Assembly: GCA_918797485.1 (NCBI GenBank) | Contig: CAKKNE010000003.1 | Location: 3,968,001-4,032,000 of the forward strand | DNA: 64,000 nucleotides | Direction: 5' to 3' | Origin: Pelagomonas calceolata | Lineage: Eukaryota | Shown here: piece by piece, positions 44,819 to 55,290 of the stretch | Layout of the letters: the number at the start of each line of letters is the position of its first letter | Position numbering within the stretch: position 1 is the first letter of the stretch | The notes under the pieces: generated by a model | What the model was told of the DNA's origin: nothing | Databases searched by the model: none | Seen by the model: the letters and a program-made list of their open reading frames with translations, nothing else | Program-made: the position numbers and the translations under genes

Positions 44819-45487
44819 CTACCGCGCCGCCACCGCCTCGGCGTTCGCCCGCCGCCGCTCCCGATACGACTCGTCCGACGCCCACTTGGAGTAGTCGTTG
44901 AGCAGCGTCTGCAGGAAGCCCCGGATGATCTGATTCGTCGCGACGCGCATGACACTGTTCCCTGTAACCTCCAAACTCCGCCGCGGGATCAACCGAAAGG
45001 GCCCCGGCGGCGCCACATCGACAGCCAAATCGACGGAACAGTCGATGCGCCTCGTACTACCATCGACCCACGTCATTTCGGCCGTCACGCGAAAATCGAA
45101 GCAGTCGTTAATTCGTCGTACCAATGCATCAGTACCCTTCAAAGTGCACGACGTGCCTCGCACCACCACACTATGCTCGTTCGAGTCGACGACGCATTGC
45201 ACGTGCGGCGAGACCGTCAGGAAGAAGAACTTGACGGGCGGGACCACTAACTCAAAAAGCTCCTGGTCTCCATTTGAACCTTTTCGTCTTAAATCGGCGC
45301 CGTAGGGCAGGTCCAACAACGCGTACTGCGCCGTCGGCAGGCGCATGTACTCGGTGAGTGTCGGGTTTTGAGGCGCGGTGGGGGGTAAGGGCGCGGAGCG
45401 CTGCGAGGCGACGCGGACCTTCGTGTCGTAGGGCCTCCGCTGCGTCGACAGCGCCGCGGCGGCGTGCAGGACCAATGTGAGCCGCAT
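44819..45487 (-). CDS. DUF1997 family protein, probably plastid-targeted
   Basis: LTEYMRLPTAQYALLD, PPGPFRLIPRRSLEVTGN..L.NDYSKWA; presequence MRLTLVLHAAAALS. Confidence 0.8.
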   Translation of the reverse strand: MRLTLVLHAAAALSTQRRPYDTKVRVASQRSAPLPPTAPQNPTLTEYMRLPTAQYALLDLPYGADLRRKGSNGDQELFELVVPPVKFFFLTVSPHVQCVVDSNEHSVVVRGTSCTLKGTDALVRRINDCFDFRVTAEMTWVDGSTRRIDCSVDLAVDVAPPGPFRLIPRRSLEVTGNSVMRVATNQIIRGFLQTLLNDYSKWASDESYRERRRANAEAVAAR

Positions 45488-45838
45488 CGTGGTCGGCGCC
45501 ACGGCTGCCTCGAGTTGGCTCCACTGCAAGAATTGATCGTCTGTGTGTCGGAACGCGTCGAAACCGTACGAATGAGTGCGATTAGCGCCGATAATAGGCC
45601 AATAGCCACAGCTTGCGCAATTGCTAGTGTCTTACATGACGCTAGCTGGCGCCGACGGTCGCAGTGGGTTTGGCGTGTTTTTTGGACCCGCTGACGGCTG
45701 TTGCACGCAGAGACGCTGCGCACGTCTTCTCTGAGCAGTCCTGTGGCCGCGCGCCAGTCGCCGCGCACCAGTAAGCTCGCCGCAGCCGACGCCAGCCGAC
45801 GCGACGCGCAGCACGCCCGCCGACGCGCAAGCGCAGCC

Positions 45839-46621
45839 ATGCGCCTCTCGCCCGCCAGCCTCGCCGCCGCGGCGTCGCAGGTCGACAAAGCACAAACGGA
45901 ACTGCCGCAGCTCCACCACGCGTCGGCGCTGCGGAACCGCGTTCCCATCCTCAAGGCTCTGCTGAAGTTACTCCCGAACGAAGAAGTGGTAGGAGACGCC
46001 TGCGAGATCGGCGCGGGAACGGGAGCCCTACTAGAAGTCCTCGCACCGGGCTTCCCAGGAATAAATTGGCTGCCGACCGAATTCGTCCCTCAAGAACCCG
46101 TCGAGGTCGAGAACCAGTGGGCGGCGCACGGGAAAATTGGAAGAAGATTAGGCAGTGAACTGGAGACGTTAGATGCCCATTTGCAGCCCTTCGCGAACGT
46201 GCTGCCGTCCGTGGCCGTCGATCTGCTGGACGAGAACTGGTTCGAGAACGTGGGGTCGTTGGATTTGCTCGTGTGTTGCAACGTGCTCCATGTCTCGCCC
46301 TGGGCCTGCTCCGAGGCTTTATTTGAAGGTGCTGGTGAAGTTCTGAGACCTGGAGGGCAATTACTCATTTACGGCCCTTTTAAAGTTAATGGCGAATTCA
46401 TCGGCGACGACGACGGCGCGGGCAACCGCAAGTTCGATGCCAAGTTGAGGGAGAACAGCGTGGAGTGGGGCCTGCGCGACGTCGATGATTTGAACCGGTT
46501 GGCGTCGTATGCCGGTCTGGAGGCGAAGAAACGTATTGACATGCCGGCGAACAACCTGCTGCTCCAGTTCGTCAAGGTGCGCACGGGGCCGCTCGGGCGC
46601 ATCGCCGAGTGCTTCATGTGA
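45839..46621 (+). CDS. DUF938/METTL26-like SAM-dependent methyltransferase
   Basis: SALRNRVPILKAL, EIGAGTG, CNVLHVSPW, YGPF, NRKFDAKLR..WGLRD, MPANN. Confidence 0.9.
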   Translation: MRLSPASLAAAASQVDKAQTELPQLHHASALRNRVPILKALLKLLPNEEVVGDACEIGAGTGALLEVLAPGFPGINWLPTEFVPQEPVEVENQWAAHGKIGRRLGSELETLDAHLQPFANVLPSVAVDLLDENWFENVGSLDLLVCCNVLHVSPWACSEALFEGAGEVLRPGGQLLIYGPFKVNGEFIGDDDGAGNRKFDAKLRENSVEWGLRDVDDLNRLASYAGLEAKKRIDMPANNLLLQFVKVRTGPLGRIAECFM

Positions 46622-47068
46622 GGTCGTCCTCCTGTGTAAGTGATATGACTGTGATACTTCTGTTGCGTCGTGCCGCGTGGCACTTCCGTAGAGAGCTAAC
46701 TTTAGACGTTTATAATCGATGCGTGCGCGTCGATGGCGTATGGGGGCAGCTTGCCATCATCACCTGATACATCTATGCTCGCTAGTGCCTTTACAGACCG
46801 CTAGCTGTGAAACCTGGACAACAACTGGCCTACGGCTTTATTTACGGCATTCGCCATTCATAGGGCGTAAAGTTTTGCGTGTGAGAACCACGGTCGGTCG
46901 CGTGGTCTCGTGTCGAGACGTCACAATTGTGAGACGACGGAAAGCAAAGTTCTTGTGGATCTTTACCTTAGCCTTGCTCGTACGCAACCGCAGTATCCGC
47001 GGCCGCAAAAACTTGCCTCGGGGAAGTGCAGTGACAAATTCAACCACCGGCGGTGTACGTATCATTGC

Positions 47069-47310
47069 CATGGCGAGCACGGTCCCGCCCTGCGGCCGGG
47101 GTTCGGTCCAGCCGCTCTGGGACAGCACTAGAGGTAAATACGTCGAGGTCGAATGCCCGCACGCGTACCGCGTCGAACGTTCGTGTAATGCACCACACGC
47201 CATCGACGACGCGATTCCACACAGGCAACACCATCACCCGAGCGCGCTACGGAACCGCGTCCCGATCCTGAGGGCGCTCATGGAGTATCTCCCGGGCGGC
47301 GAGAGCTTCT
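47069..47310 (+). pseudogene. Truncated 5' fragment of a second DUF938 paralog
   Basis: HHPSALRNRVPILRALMEYLPG matches HHASALRNRVPILKALLKLLP of 45839; intron-like 47159-47224; similarity stops before the SAM-binding motif. Confidence 0.7.
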
Positions 47311-48334
47311 GGCTACCGAACATATTAGGGAAACCAGTCGCATCAGATAGAGCATCTGAATAGAAGTCGTCGTGCTCCTCTTTGTAGGTGCCGATCACGA
47401 ACACGGCAGCCGTCTCCGACCCGATCTGCAGCGCCTTTTGAACGGCGGGTGCGTCCGCGACGCCGTCTTGGTTCGGGTCCAGGAGCTCCGCGATCACGTT
47501 CGCGGCGAACTTGACGTTGTTCGCCGGAACCTCGTTATGACCGATCACTAGGACTCCGAACGGACACATGACCTGGTCGTAGCCTACGTTGGCGAGATTT
47601 TTCGCCGTGTCCCGGGAGAGGCCGCACTCCTCGCGCGCGGCGTCGGGCGTCATCAGCTCGAACGGCGTGTCCACTGGGCCGAAGTCGTGGCACGCGTCGT
47701 CTTTGGACTCCCGTGTGCAAGGACCGGGGCAACTGGCCTGGAACGTTGTTGTTGGGCTTGACGTGGGAGGCGGGGGTGGCGTATCGAGCGCGGGGCAAGA
47801 TTTACTCGGCCCTTTTCCCTCATTGTTGTTGTATGTGCACTTGCCGTCTTGCCAGATGCAGCAGTCGCCGCACAGCTCGCAGTTCGCCTGGTCCTCGTTA
47901 CCCACCCAATCCTCACAAAACCAGTTGGCGCCCCAATCCCAGTACGCGTACGGGATGTTATCCGCACATTCTGCGCGCGTCTGAGTAGGGCGGCACTCGA
48001 TCTCCGGCGTCTCCGCCGCGTCGACCTTTTTCCCGCCACCGAAGCAGCACGCGTGGCAATCTGCCGCCCCGTTGCTCGGCAGACCTGAGACCATCGTTGT
48101 GCAGGCGGCAGGCGCATGGAATTGCGAGCATTTCTCACAACTCGGGACCTCGTCAAAGTTGCAAAATTCGCCCTTTGCGCACGGGCTGCCGTCAGGGGTG
48201 CACGCCGTCTGTCCGGTGCATTGCCCATTGCCACCGGACGTAGCCGACGTCACTTCCTTTTTCCCGCCGGAATGAGGAAACCCGTGGTGCGGGTGGCCGG
48301 CGGCGAGCGAGCAGAGGAGCGCAATGCTCCACAT
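47234..48334 (-). CDS. Secreted Cys-rich protein, probably 3'-truncated at ~47305
   Basis: Signal peptide MWSIALLCSLAAG, Cys-rich modules, FGVLVIG..AANVIAELLDPNQDGVAD; the last ~25 codons are antisense of the DUF938 fragment. Confidence 0.65.
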   Translation of the reverse strand: MWSIALLCSLAAGHPHHGFPHSGGKKEVTSATSGGNGQCTGQTACTPDGSPCAKGEFCNFDEVPSCEKCSQFHAPAACTTMVSGLPSNGAADCHACCFGGGKKVDAAETPEIECRPTQTRAECADNIPYAYWDWGANWFCEDWVGNEDQANCELCGDCCIWQDGKCTYNNNEGKGPSKSCPALDTPPPPPTSSPTTTFQASCPGPCTRESKDDACHDFGPVDTPFELMTPDAAREECGLSRDTAKNLANVGYDQVMCPFGVLVIGHNEVPANNVKFAANVIAELLDPNQDGVADAPAVQKALQIGSETAAVFVIGTYKEEHDDFYSDALSDATGFPNMFGSQKLSPPGRYSMSALRIGTRFRSALG

Positions 48335-48596
48335 GCCTTCTTGTGTGCTTAACTAGTCTTCCTATTTTTGTGTGGCTGTGAAGCTGTATGGTTTTTCTAC
48401 AGGTTAGACCGTCGTCGCTGTTTGGTTCGCGCGCTGTGTGAGTGGGCCTGAGGCTCGTAGAAAGCCCTGAACGCGCCAATTGCTTATGGTAACTCACAGT
48501 TCAAGCTCCGTGCGCAAAATTCTGTGAAAAACCCGTGTCCTCGATATGTTACGCCCTCAAACGACACACGTATTCATACGTAGCATAACTTAGGCC

Positions 48597-49625
48597 CTAG
48601 CAGCTCTCCCCCTCAAACAACGCCGCGCCGGCGTAGTAGTAGATCAGGCTGATGACCATGACGCCCGAACCGAGCACGTTCGCGGCCCCAATCGGCGACC
48701 CGAAGCAAATATAGGACGCCAACGACGTCGCCGGGATGCTGAGAGCGGTAGCATACGTTTTGGCGATGGAGTCAGCGTACCGCAACAAAAAGGACACCGC
48801 CAGGCCACAACTACCGTTCGCCACCACCACGACGCACGCCCAGCCGTTGAAGCCGTGAAACAGCGACGTCGAGGCGGAAGGACCGATCTCGTTGCGATAG
48901 ATCAAAGCGCATAGATTAGCTAAGATGCCAAATACATATAACTGGACGTTCTGGAAGTGGATCGACGCCTTGTTGCCCTTCATGAAGGCCTCCGTAAAAA
49001 CACCCATCGTCGCACTTAGAAAAACACAGACGAGCGCCGACGCGTAGCCGAACAAAGCCCCTTCGAACAAATGATCCGAAGTCGACGTTAATTGCGACAC
49101 CGCGGCGCCGATCGTGAGTAGTGTCAGGGCGAGCCATTTTCCTCTAGATAATTTCCTTGATAGTAAAACTTGACCCGCCAAGCCCGTCGCGACGATCTTC
49201 AAATTCCCGAGGATCTGAAACGTCGGCGCGTCGACATAATATAAAGTAACAAAATTCAGGTTGTTGAGCACTTGGTACGCGACGCCCGGCACGGCGGCCG
49301 TCGCTACGGAAGCGGCCGTGCACTGCAACGCTCGTTTCCGGTCTATTTCGTTTAGAGTTGATAACTCTCTCATGAGAAAAAATGCTGAACACACGATCTT
49401 GAAGGTTTCGGATAATAATGTGGACGCGACGACCTTGTAGGGGTACTCTCGCTGGCCGCCTTTCGACGCGATGGCCGCGAGCGCTTGCGTGACCGAAAAA
49501 GCGCAGAGCAACGCCGCTACCAACGTCGTGGGCAGCTTCGTCTTTTCGGCGGCTGGTTGCTTCATCTTGGGGCGGCTCTGGCTCTCGGGCGTCGCGACCG
49601 GCGCCGCCGGGACGGCCCGTTGCAT
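48597..49625 (-). CDS. Nucleotide-sugar transporter (SLC35A-like)
   Basis: ETFKIV, VPGVAYQVLNNL, TFQILGNLKIVATG, NVQLYVFG, LRYADSIAK; multiple TM helices. Confidence 0.9.
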   Translation of the reverse strand: MQRAVPAAPVATPESQSRPKMKQPAAEKTKLPTTLVAALLCAFSVTQALAAIASKGGQREYPYKVVASTLLSETFKIVCSAFFLMRELSTLNEIDRKRALQCTAASVATAAVPGVAYQVLNNLNFVTLYYVDAPTFQILGNLKIVATGLAGQVLLSRKLSRGKWLALTLLTIGAAVSQLTSTSDHLFEGALFGYASALVCVFLSATMGVFTEAFMKGNKASIHFQNVQLYVFGILANLCALIYRNEIGPSASTSLFHGFNGWACVVVVANGSCGLAVSFLLRYADSIAKTYATALSIPATSLASYICFGSPIGAANVLGSGVMVISLIYYYAGAALFEGESC

Positions 49626-49949
49626 GCGCTTGCGGAGGACGGGCGCCGTCGCTGGTGCTCGGCTATGGAGCTGCTGGGGGCGCACGACGCGTCGGCTAGC
49701 GTCAAGTTCTAGCCTGCTGTAGGAACCGAGATGCCGGGGGGCGGCGCAATGCGGCGTCGACTAGCGTGCTGGCAGCGCTGGCACTCGCTGGACTGCAGCT
49801 TTCCAAACTACTATATAGCGAGCTCTAATAGCGTAAAGCTGCGCTCCCAAAAAAATAATTGCTCCGCAAAAAAAGCTAGCGGTGTGTAAGACACTAGCAA
49901 GCAAACTTGAACGCAGTATGCAGCTGTTTGAGTACCGTTCAGTTCGCTA

Positions 49950-51400
49950 ATGGTCCAAAGAGATCAATGGGACACGTACTGGGGGGCGAAAAAATTAATT
50001 TTTTTTAATTCGCGAAATTGACGACGCCACCATGGCGGGCGCGTCGGTGGAATCCTGTCGATTCGTGGTCCTGAGGTCTCCGCGAGGTCGCCTAGGGTCG
50101 TATAATACATGTGCAATCGCCTACGCCGCCTACGCCGCCGCTTCTAGAGTAAGATACATCTCCCATGGTCCTTTGCGCTATACCTCTATTGGCCATGATT
50201 TGCCAAAGATTTCGATCCAGAGCTCTCTGGGGAGCCCCAAGCTCTCGCGCATGCGGCGTAGCCGACTACCCGACCCCATACCTATCCCGGAGGGAGTCCG
50301 CGAGCCGATCTGCATCCGAAAAAAGTAAATAATTTGGGCCCGATGGCGCCCCGTTCCCGTCAAAAACGTCAATTACCCGAGGGCCCCCAGTAGTCGCCGT
50401 AGCGGTCTCGTTGGACCCCATACTACCCCAGCGATAGTGGATTACAAGTATATGCCATCTACATTATAAGAAGGGTACTTTTGGCAGCCCGCGCTCGGGA
50501 CGTGAACATCTTTATCTGGACCTCGCGCAAGTCGGTCGATCATGAAATAAATGATCCTGTCCTGGTCCATGGTGATGGTACACGGGCTGATGGTCGCAGG
50601 TCCAGGTCTAACGCCAAAATTAGCGAGATAGTGGGCTCGCGGCCGAGCCGAGCCGCGCGGAGCATCGTGGGGTCTCAAGCAATGTAGTAGCCGCTCAGGC
50701 CGGTTAGCTGGCCCGTCCCACAACAAAAGCGCCTGAAAATCGAATTTATTTCACAACTCACTGGTCTGGGGCCAATTCAGTGCCCCGCGTACGCACCGTC
50801 GCCCGCGGAGAACGGGCAAGTCGGTCGATCGTGAATAGAACAACGGCTTTATGGTCCATCTGGGTAGTTGCGTCGCTGATACTCGCAGGGTTAGGATCTG
50901 AGACCGGCTACGCCTAAACGTGGGGTCGCGAAGATGACGAATCGTGCCGCTCTAACGGGTCATCTAAAGTAGTTAGATAAGTGTTCAATCGGCCTAGATG
51001 GACTCTACCCCCAACAAACGGAAGGAAATGAACATAAACGCGAGAGTTGTCTAGTAAAATTCTTTTCCCGCCCTCCGAGCGCGGGCCGTCGGCTCCGGTT
51101 CCGTCGATTATGCATGAAAACTGGGCTGGAGTTGATATGATGTATCATTTGGACGGTAGAAGGCGCCGTCAATCGCTGGTGTATTTTGGCGAGCCGCAAG
51201 ACCTAGTGATCTAGCGTATCGACACACTAGGAATCCGTATATATATATATATATGGATATATACTAGATGTATACATGTGTACAGGCCTAGGCGGATGGC
51301 TTTTGAAATTAGACCTCTCCGACTGACCCCCGAATAGTGAAGTTCAGAGCTTAATTCCCGCTCTGGCGTCGACGGCGTAGGGACTATGACACCGAATTAA
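49950..51400. other. Noncoding lower-GC island with a degenerate 289-bp-offset repeat and (TA)n tract
   Basis: No credible ORF; visibly more A/T than flanks; repeated blocks at 50527/50816; TA microsatellite at ~51238-51253. Confidence 0.6.
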
Positions 51401-51403
51401 AAC

Positions 51404-54400
51404 TTACTTGCCCTTCGACCCCCACTTCTTTCTCATCTCCCGCCGCCGCCTGACGGCCTCGGCGCGCTGCTGCTGGGCCAGCCAGGACCCCGCGGCGGGT
51501 TTTTCATTGCGCGCGGCGCGCTGCTCCGCGGCCCGTTTCCGCGCCCGGTCCAGCGCCGTCTCGCGCGGCTTCGACTGCGTCCCGCGCACGTGCACGACCC
51601 TAGGTCTCAACTGCAAGCGCGACGACGACGACGTCGTCGTCCGCGACGACCGCACCATCGGTCTGGGTGAAACGAGGTTGCCGCCGCAGTTGTCGCCGCG
51701 CCCTTCCGACATCGCACTGACATCTTCCAAATCACAGAAGAAGGACGTACCACTACGCGACGACTGATCCGCGCAGACGCGGGGCTCGCGGTAGCCCATC
51801 GTGGCCAACAGTAGCTTCGCCTGCTCGCTGCCCGAGATCTGGCGCCATAACCCGCAGGCCAGGCCCGGCGTGTAGTTGCCCATGAGCTCCGTCGCCGATC
51901 TTTTTTTGATTCTCTTGACGGACGGGTCATCAGACAACTGCTTGGCGCAGTCGATTCTGTTACTATCGACGTTGTCGATCTCGAGGAAGCGGAGCATGGC
52001 CCTTAATGTAGGTTCCGTGCTCCTCACGAGGTCCTCATATCTCAAAACGCGCACGGCCCGTCCGGACGACGCGAGGTCGGCGTGCATCATCGCGTAGCCT
52101 GTGTGAGAGTAGAGTCGACGGTGGACAAGGAAAGGACGCCGCCAAAAGCACGCATCCACTTGCAGCCCATGCACCGCGCGAACATGGCGAACCTAGGGGA
52201 GGTCACGTCGCGCTCGCCCGCGGCGTTCGCGTGGCCTCCCGCTATGCGCCGGTTGTACTCGCTCCAGATCGCGTCGAACGGATGTCGTACCAGCAATATG
52301 ATGCGTTCGGCCGTGGTCTGCGGCATGTACTTCGCCGGGTTCAGGTGCGCCTTCACCACTAACACAGCACCGCTATCCACGCCTTCCGCCGGCAACAACC
52401 TCATGAGGTCAACGTCATCGTAAACCGATCCCGTGTAGTAGCCCGACGCGTGCTCTAACAGTAACCGCGTCCAGGTGTTGCCCGAGCCCGGGAAGGACGC
52501 TAGGACGGCCGGTTTCGAGCTTTCGGGGCGGAATGTCCGCGTCTGGTAGGCGCCGCAGGTTTTTAGCGTTGCAGCTCGCTCGGGGCAGCACTCTTCCAAT
52601 TTCGGCGTCTGCAGCTCGGACCACCACAGCTTCACGATTGTCGAAGACACCGTAGGTAATAAGCAGTCGACGGAGAAGCTACAGGCCATGAGCTTGGGCT
52701 GCACGGCTGCCACTTGACTTTCTGAGGCGGTTTCCGTAAACCTTTCCACTAATAGCGAAGCCACGGCGGTCTTCCGCGTCGCATCGACGATACCAGCTGT
52801 CAAGGACCGTCGTCGTTGGTCCCTTCTTGCCAGCGCTTCGGCTTCGGTCACGCGAGGTGCCCTAAATGTGCGTAAAGGCGGCGTGCCACAGAGAGGCCCC
52901 AGCGCCGCGTACTGCGGCGCGCCGACGCTCCAAGTTAATTGAGCGCCGCCTTGTAAACCCATGGTGCCGAAAACTAAGGAGCGCAACGGTCCCGGCTTGG
53001 AGATTTGTACTGAGGCCGGTATCGTCGGTTCCGCTGCATGAGGCGCCGGCGTTATTGCCTTCCACGTGAACAAGGACGAGCCCCAGGCCGTCTTCTTCTT
53101 CTTCTTTTTGATGAGCGGGGCGTCGTCGTCGGACGCTCGACCACCGGCCATCCGTGGAGCGGGCGTCGTCATTTGTTCGAGCTTCGCCGCCGTCTCGGCC
53201 CCCAGCAGCTTCTCGCGCATCTTCTGGAGGCGCTTGAGGCGATCATCGGAGGCGCCGCGCAGCCTCGGTGGGTCATCGGCGCCGCGCAGCCTCGGTGGCG
53301 GTGCGTCGTCCTGGGCGCCGCGCAGCCTCGGCGGCGTCGCCTCGTAGGCCCAGTCTCCTCCCTTGTTAGGTTCGTCGTCGCCCTCCGTGTCCAGATTCAC
53401 GCCGTCGTCGCCCTGATCGTCGTCGGACTCGTCGCCAGACACGTCCGCCTCGACGCCAGCATCTAACCAATCACCTTCCGGCACCTTGCCCTGGTCGAGC
53501 CACGCCTCGGCCTCCTTCTCAGGGGTGTCATCATCATCATTTTCTGGTGCTAGTTTCGGTTCTCTCGGCGCATCATCATCATGCTGCGCTATTGGCGCAT
53601 CGTCGTCGTCCTGCGTCTTTACGAGCTCGAAGAAGCCCGCTGCTTTCAAGCGCCGGCCGGTCCAGAGGCGCGGGAGCCAGCGGCGGCGGCGGCGGCGGCG
53701 CTCCAGAGGCGGCCTTTCTGACACCGGTTCGTCGACCTGTTCCTGGAAGAAGCTACGAGGCGGCCGCGTCGGCCGCGGCGACGGTCGCCGGGAAGGCCTT
53801 GGGGTGGGCATGAACGTCGGCCGCGGCGTCGCGGGGTACCATTTTCTGGAACCAACGTCCAACGCCGCGACGTGCCTCTGGCAGAAGTGCATCTGCTTCG
53901 GTCTAAAAGCTCGTGATTTGGTCTGGTCGTACAGCATCTGGATGTGTTCTGACGTTGTTTGGGGAGATGCTAATCTAGTTTGATCATCTAGGGTAGTAAC
54001 AGATAGCAGTGGCAATAAAGCGGCCACATCTAACGCTCTTCGACCATTATCGCTCAGCTTGGCCAGCAACTCCGCGACGTCCCGCGTGAGGAGCAGGAAC
54101 CCCTCGGCCAACTGTAAGGGCGGCAGTATATCAGAGGGCGCCACACATTGAAATTTCGTCCAAGCGAACTGAAATAAGGGCCGCTTTTTTATTTCTTCTC
54201 TAATACGATGGACGCAGAGCAGCGACCGGTCGTTCGTCGCCAAGACATGTGATAGTTGTTTTTTTTCTTGTAGAACGCGGCTTATTATTTTTAATTCTGC
54301 ACTAAGCTCGTCGCCTTGACTCAGGACCTCGACGCCCACATCTTTATGACGGTCGTATTCCCGTACCAGATCTTGCTGTAATCCGGTTCTATTCGTCGAT

Positions 54401-54837
54401 TGAGCGTCGACCACAAAAAACTCGTAGGAGACGCCCTCGAGACCTCTGAGCCAGCGCAGCCACGTCCGACGGGCACCCTCTCGACGCTCCGCCCCGTCTC
54501 GGGTTAAGTCGCTCCGGATCGCGATGTGTAGCGTCGTCGCGTCGCACTTCCCGCAGGCTCGTTGTGCGACGGTCACTTCCGAGCTCAATCCATAATGACC
54601 GGCGCGCTGCTGCGCGCTCGACCAGATGCGAGTGAAGAGTCCGCTCTGTTGCGTTGGAGTGCGGTTGCTGAGCATCGGCAGGTGCGACAGCTGCGCGACC
54701 GTGGCTAACAATATCATGCAAGCGATGCCGCCGCGCGCGCCTCGGCCCGCGCCTCTTGGCCGCGGTTTCGTCGGTGACGGTGGGGCGTGGCGCGCGACGC
54801 GCGGCGGGTGGGGCTGCTTCTTGCGGCGCGGGGCCAT
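51404..54837 (-). CDS. Type II membrane protein: GT31-like glycosyltransferase domain + WSCD-like sulfotransferase; exons 54837-52152, 52098-51404
   Basis: N-terminal anchor; RREGARRTW (GT31-like); LASFPGSGNTWTRLLLE, LLVRHPFDAIWSE, LRYEDL (sulfotransferase); 53-nt GT-AG intron 52099-52151 joins the ORFs. Confidence 0.8.
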
Positions 54838-55290
54838 GCTTCCAGGCTCTCCCCAGTGAGGGACACTTTCTGGTGCGCTCCGCGGACGAGCTGCCCCGTG
54901 CGCAGCAATGCTGCGGCGCGCCCGCGCGACGCAACGGGCTGCGTTTGCCCCGCTGCCGCTGAGGCCTCGGTATCCCGCGCGCCGCGGCGCTTCGGCGCTT
55001 GTGCCTAGTGTCTTACCGCTAGCGCGTACTCAGGCCATAGGAGCGGTCATCGGAGCTAGTGGCGTCCAGGCGTACTCCGAGGAGCGCTCGGTGCCACTAG
55101 CAGCAACGCCCACGCCGAGATCTACAAGGACTCTGTCCCGGTCTGCGACTACTCGGACGGCCACTAGTGGAAGTGAATACATTACAGGCTAACAGTTGGG
55201 GAGCCGGCCGTGTGCGCGGCGGCGAGGGACTTTCTTTTTTTCTTGATCTTTTTTCGGGCGGGGGACGAGGGGAATGATGGTGAGCGACGT

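Noticed and set aside
50580..50640. ctgatg-containing segment as a hammerhead ribozyme
   Set aside because: Lacks the CTGATGA...GAAA core and I could not build the three stems
52087..52174. Apparent frameshift/pseudogene in the sulfotransferase (likewise in POLA1, USP, CNNM, SPAG16)
   Set aside because: Each break is explained by a frame-restoring intron with valid splice sites
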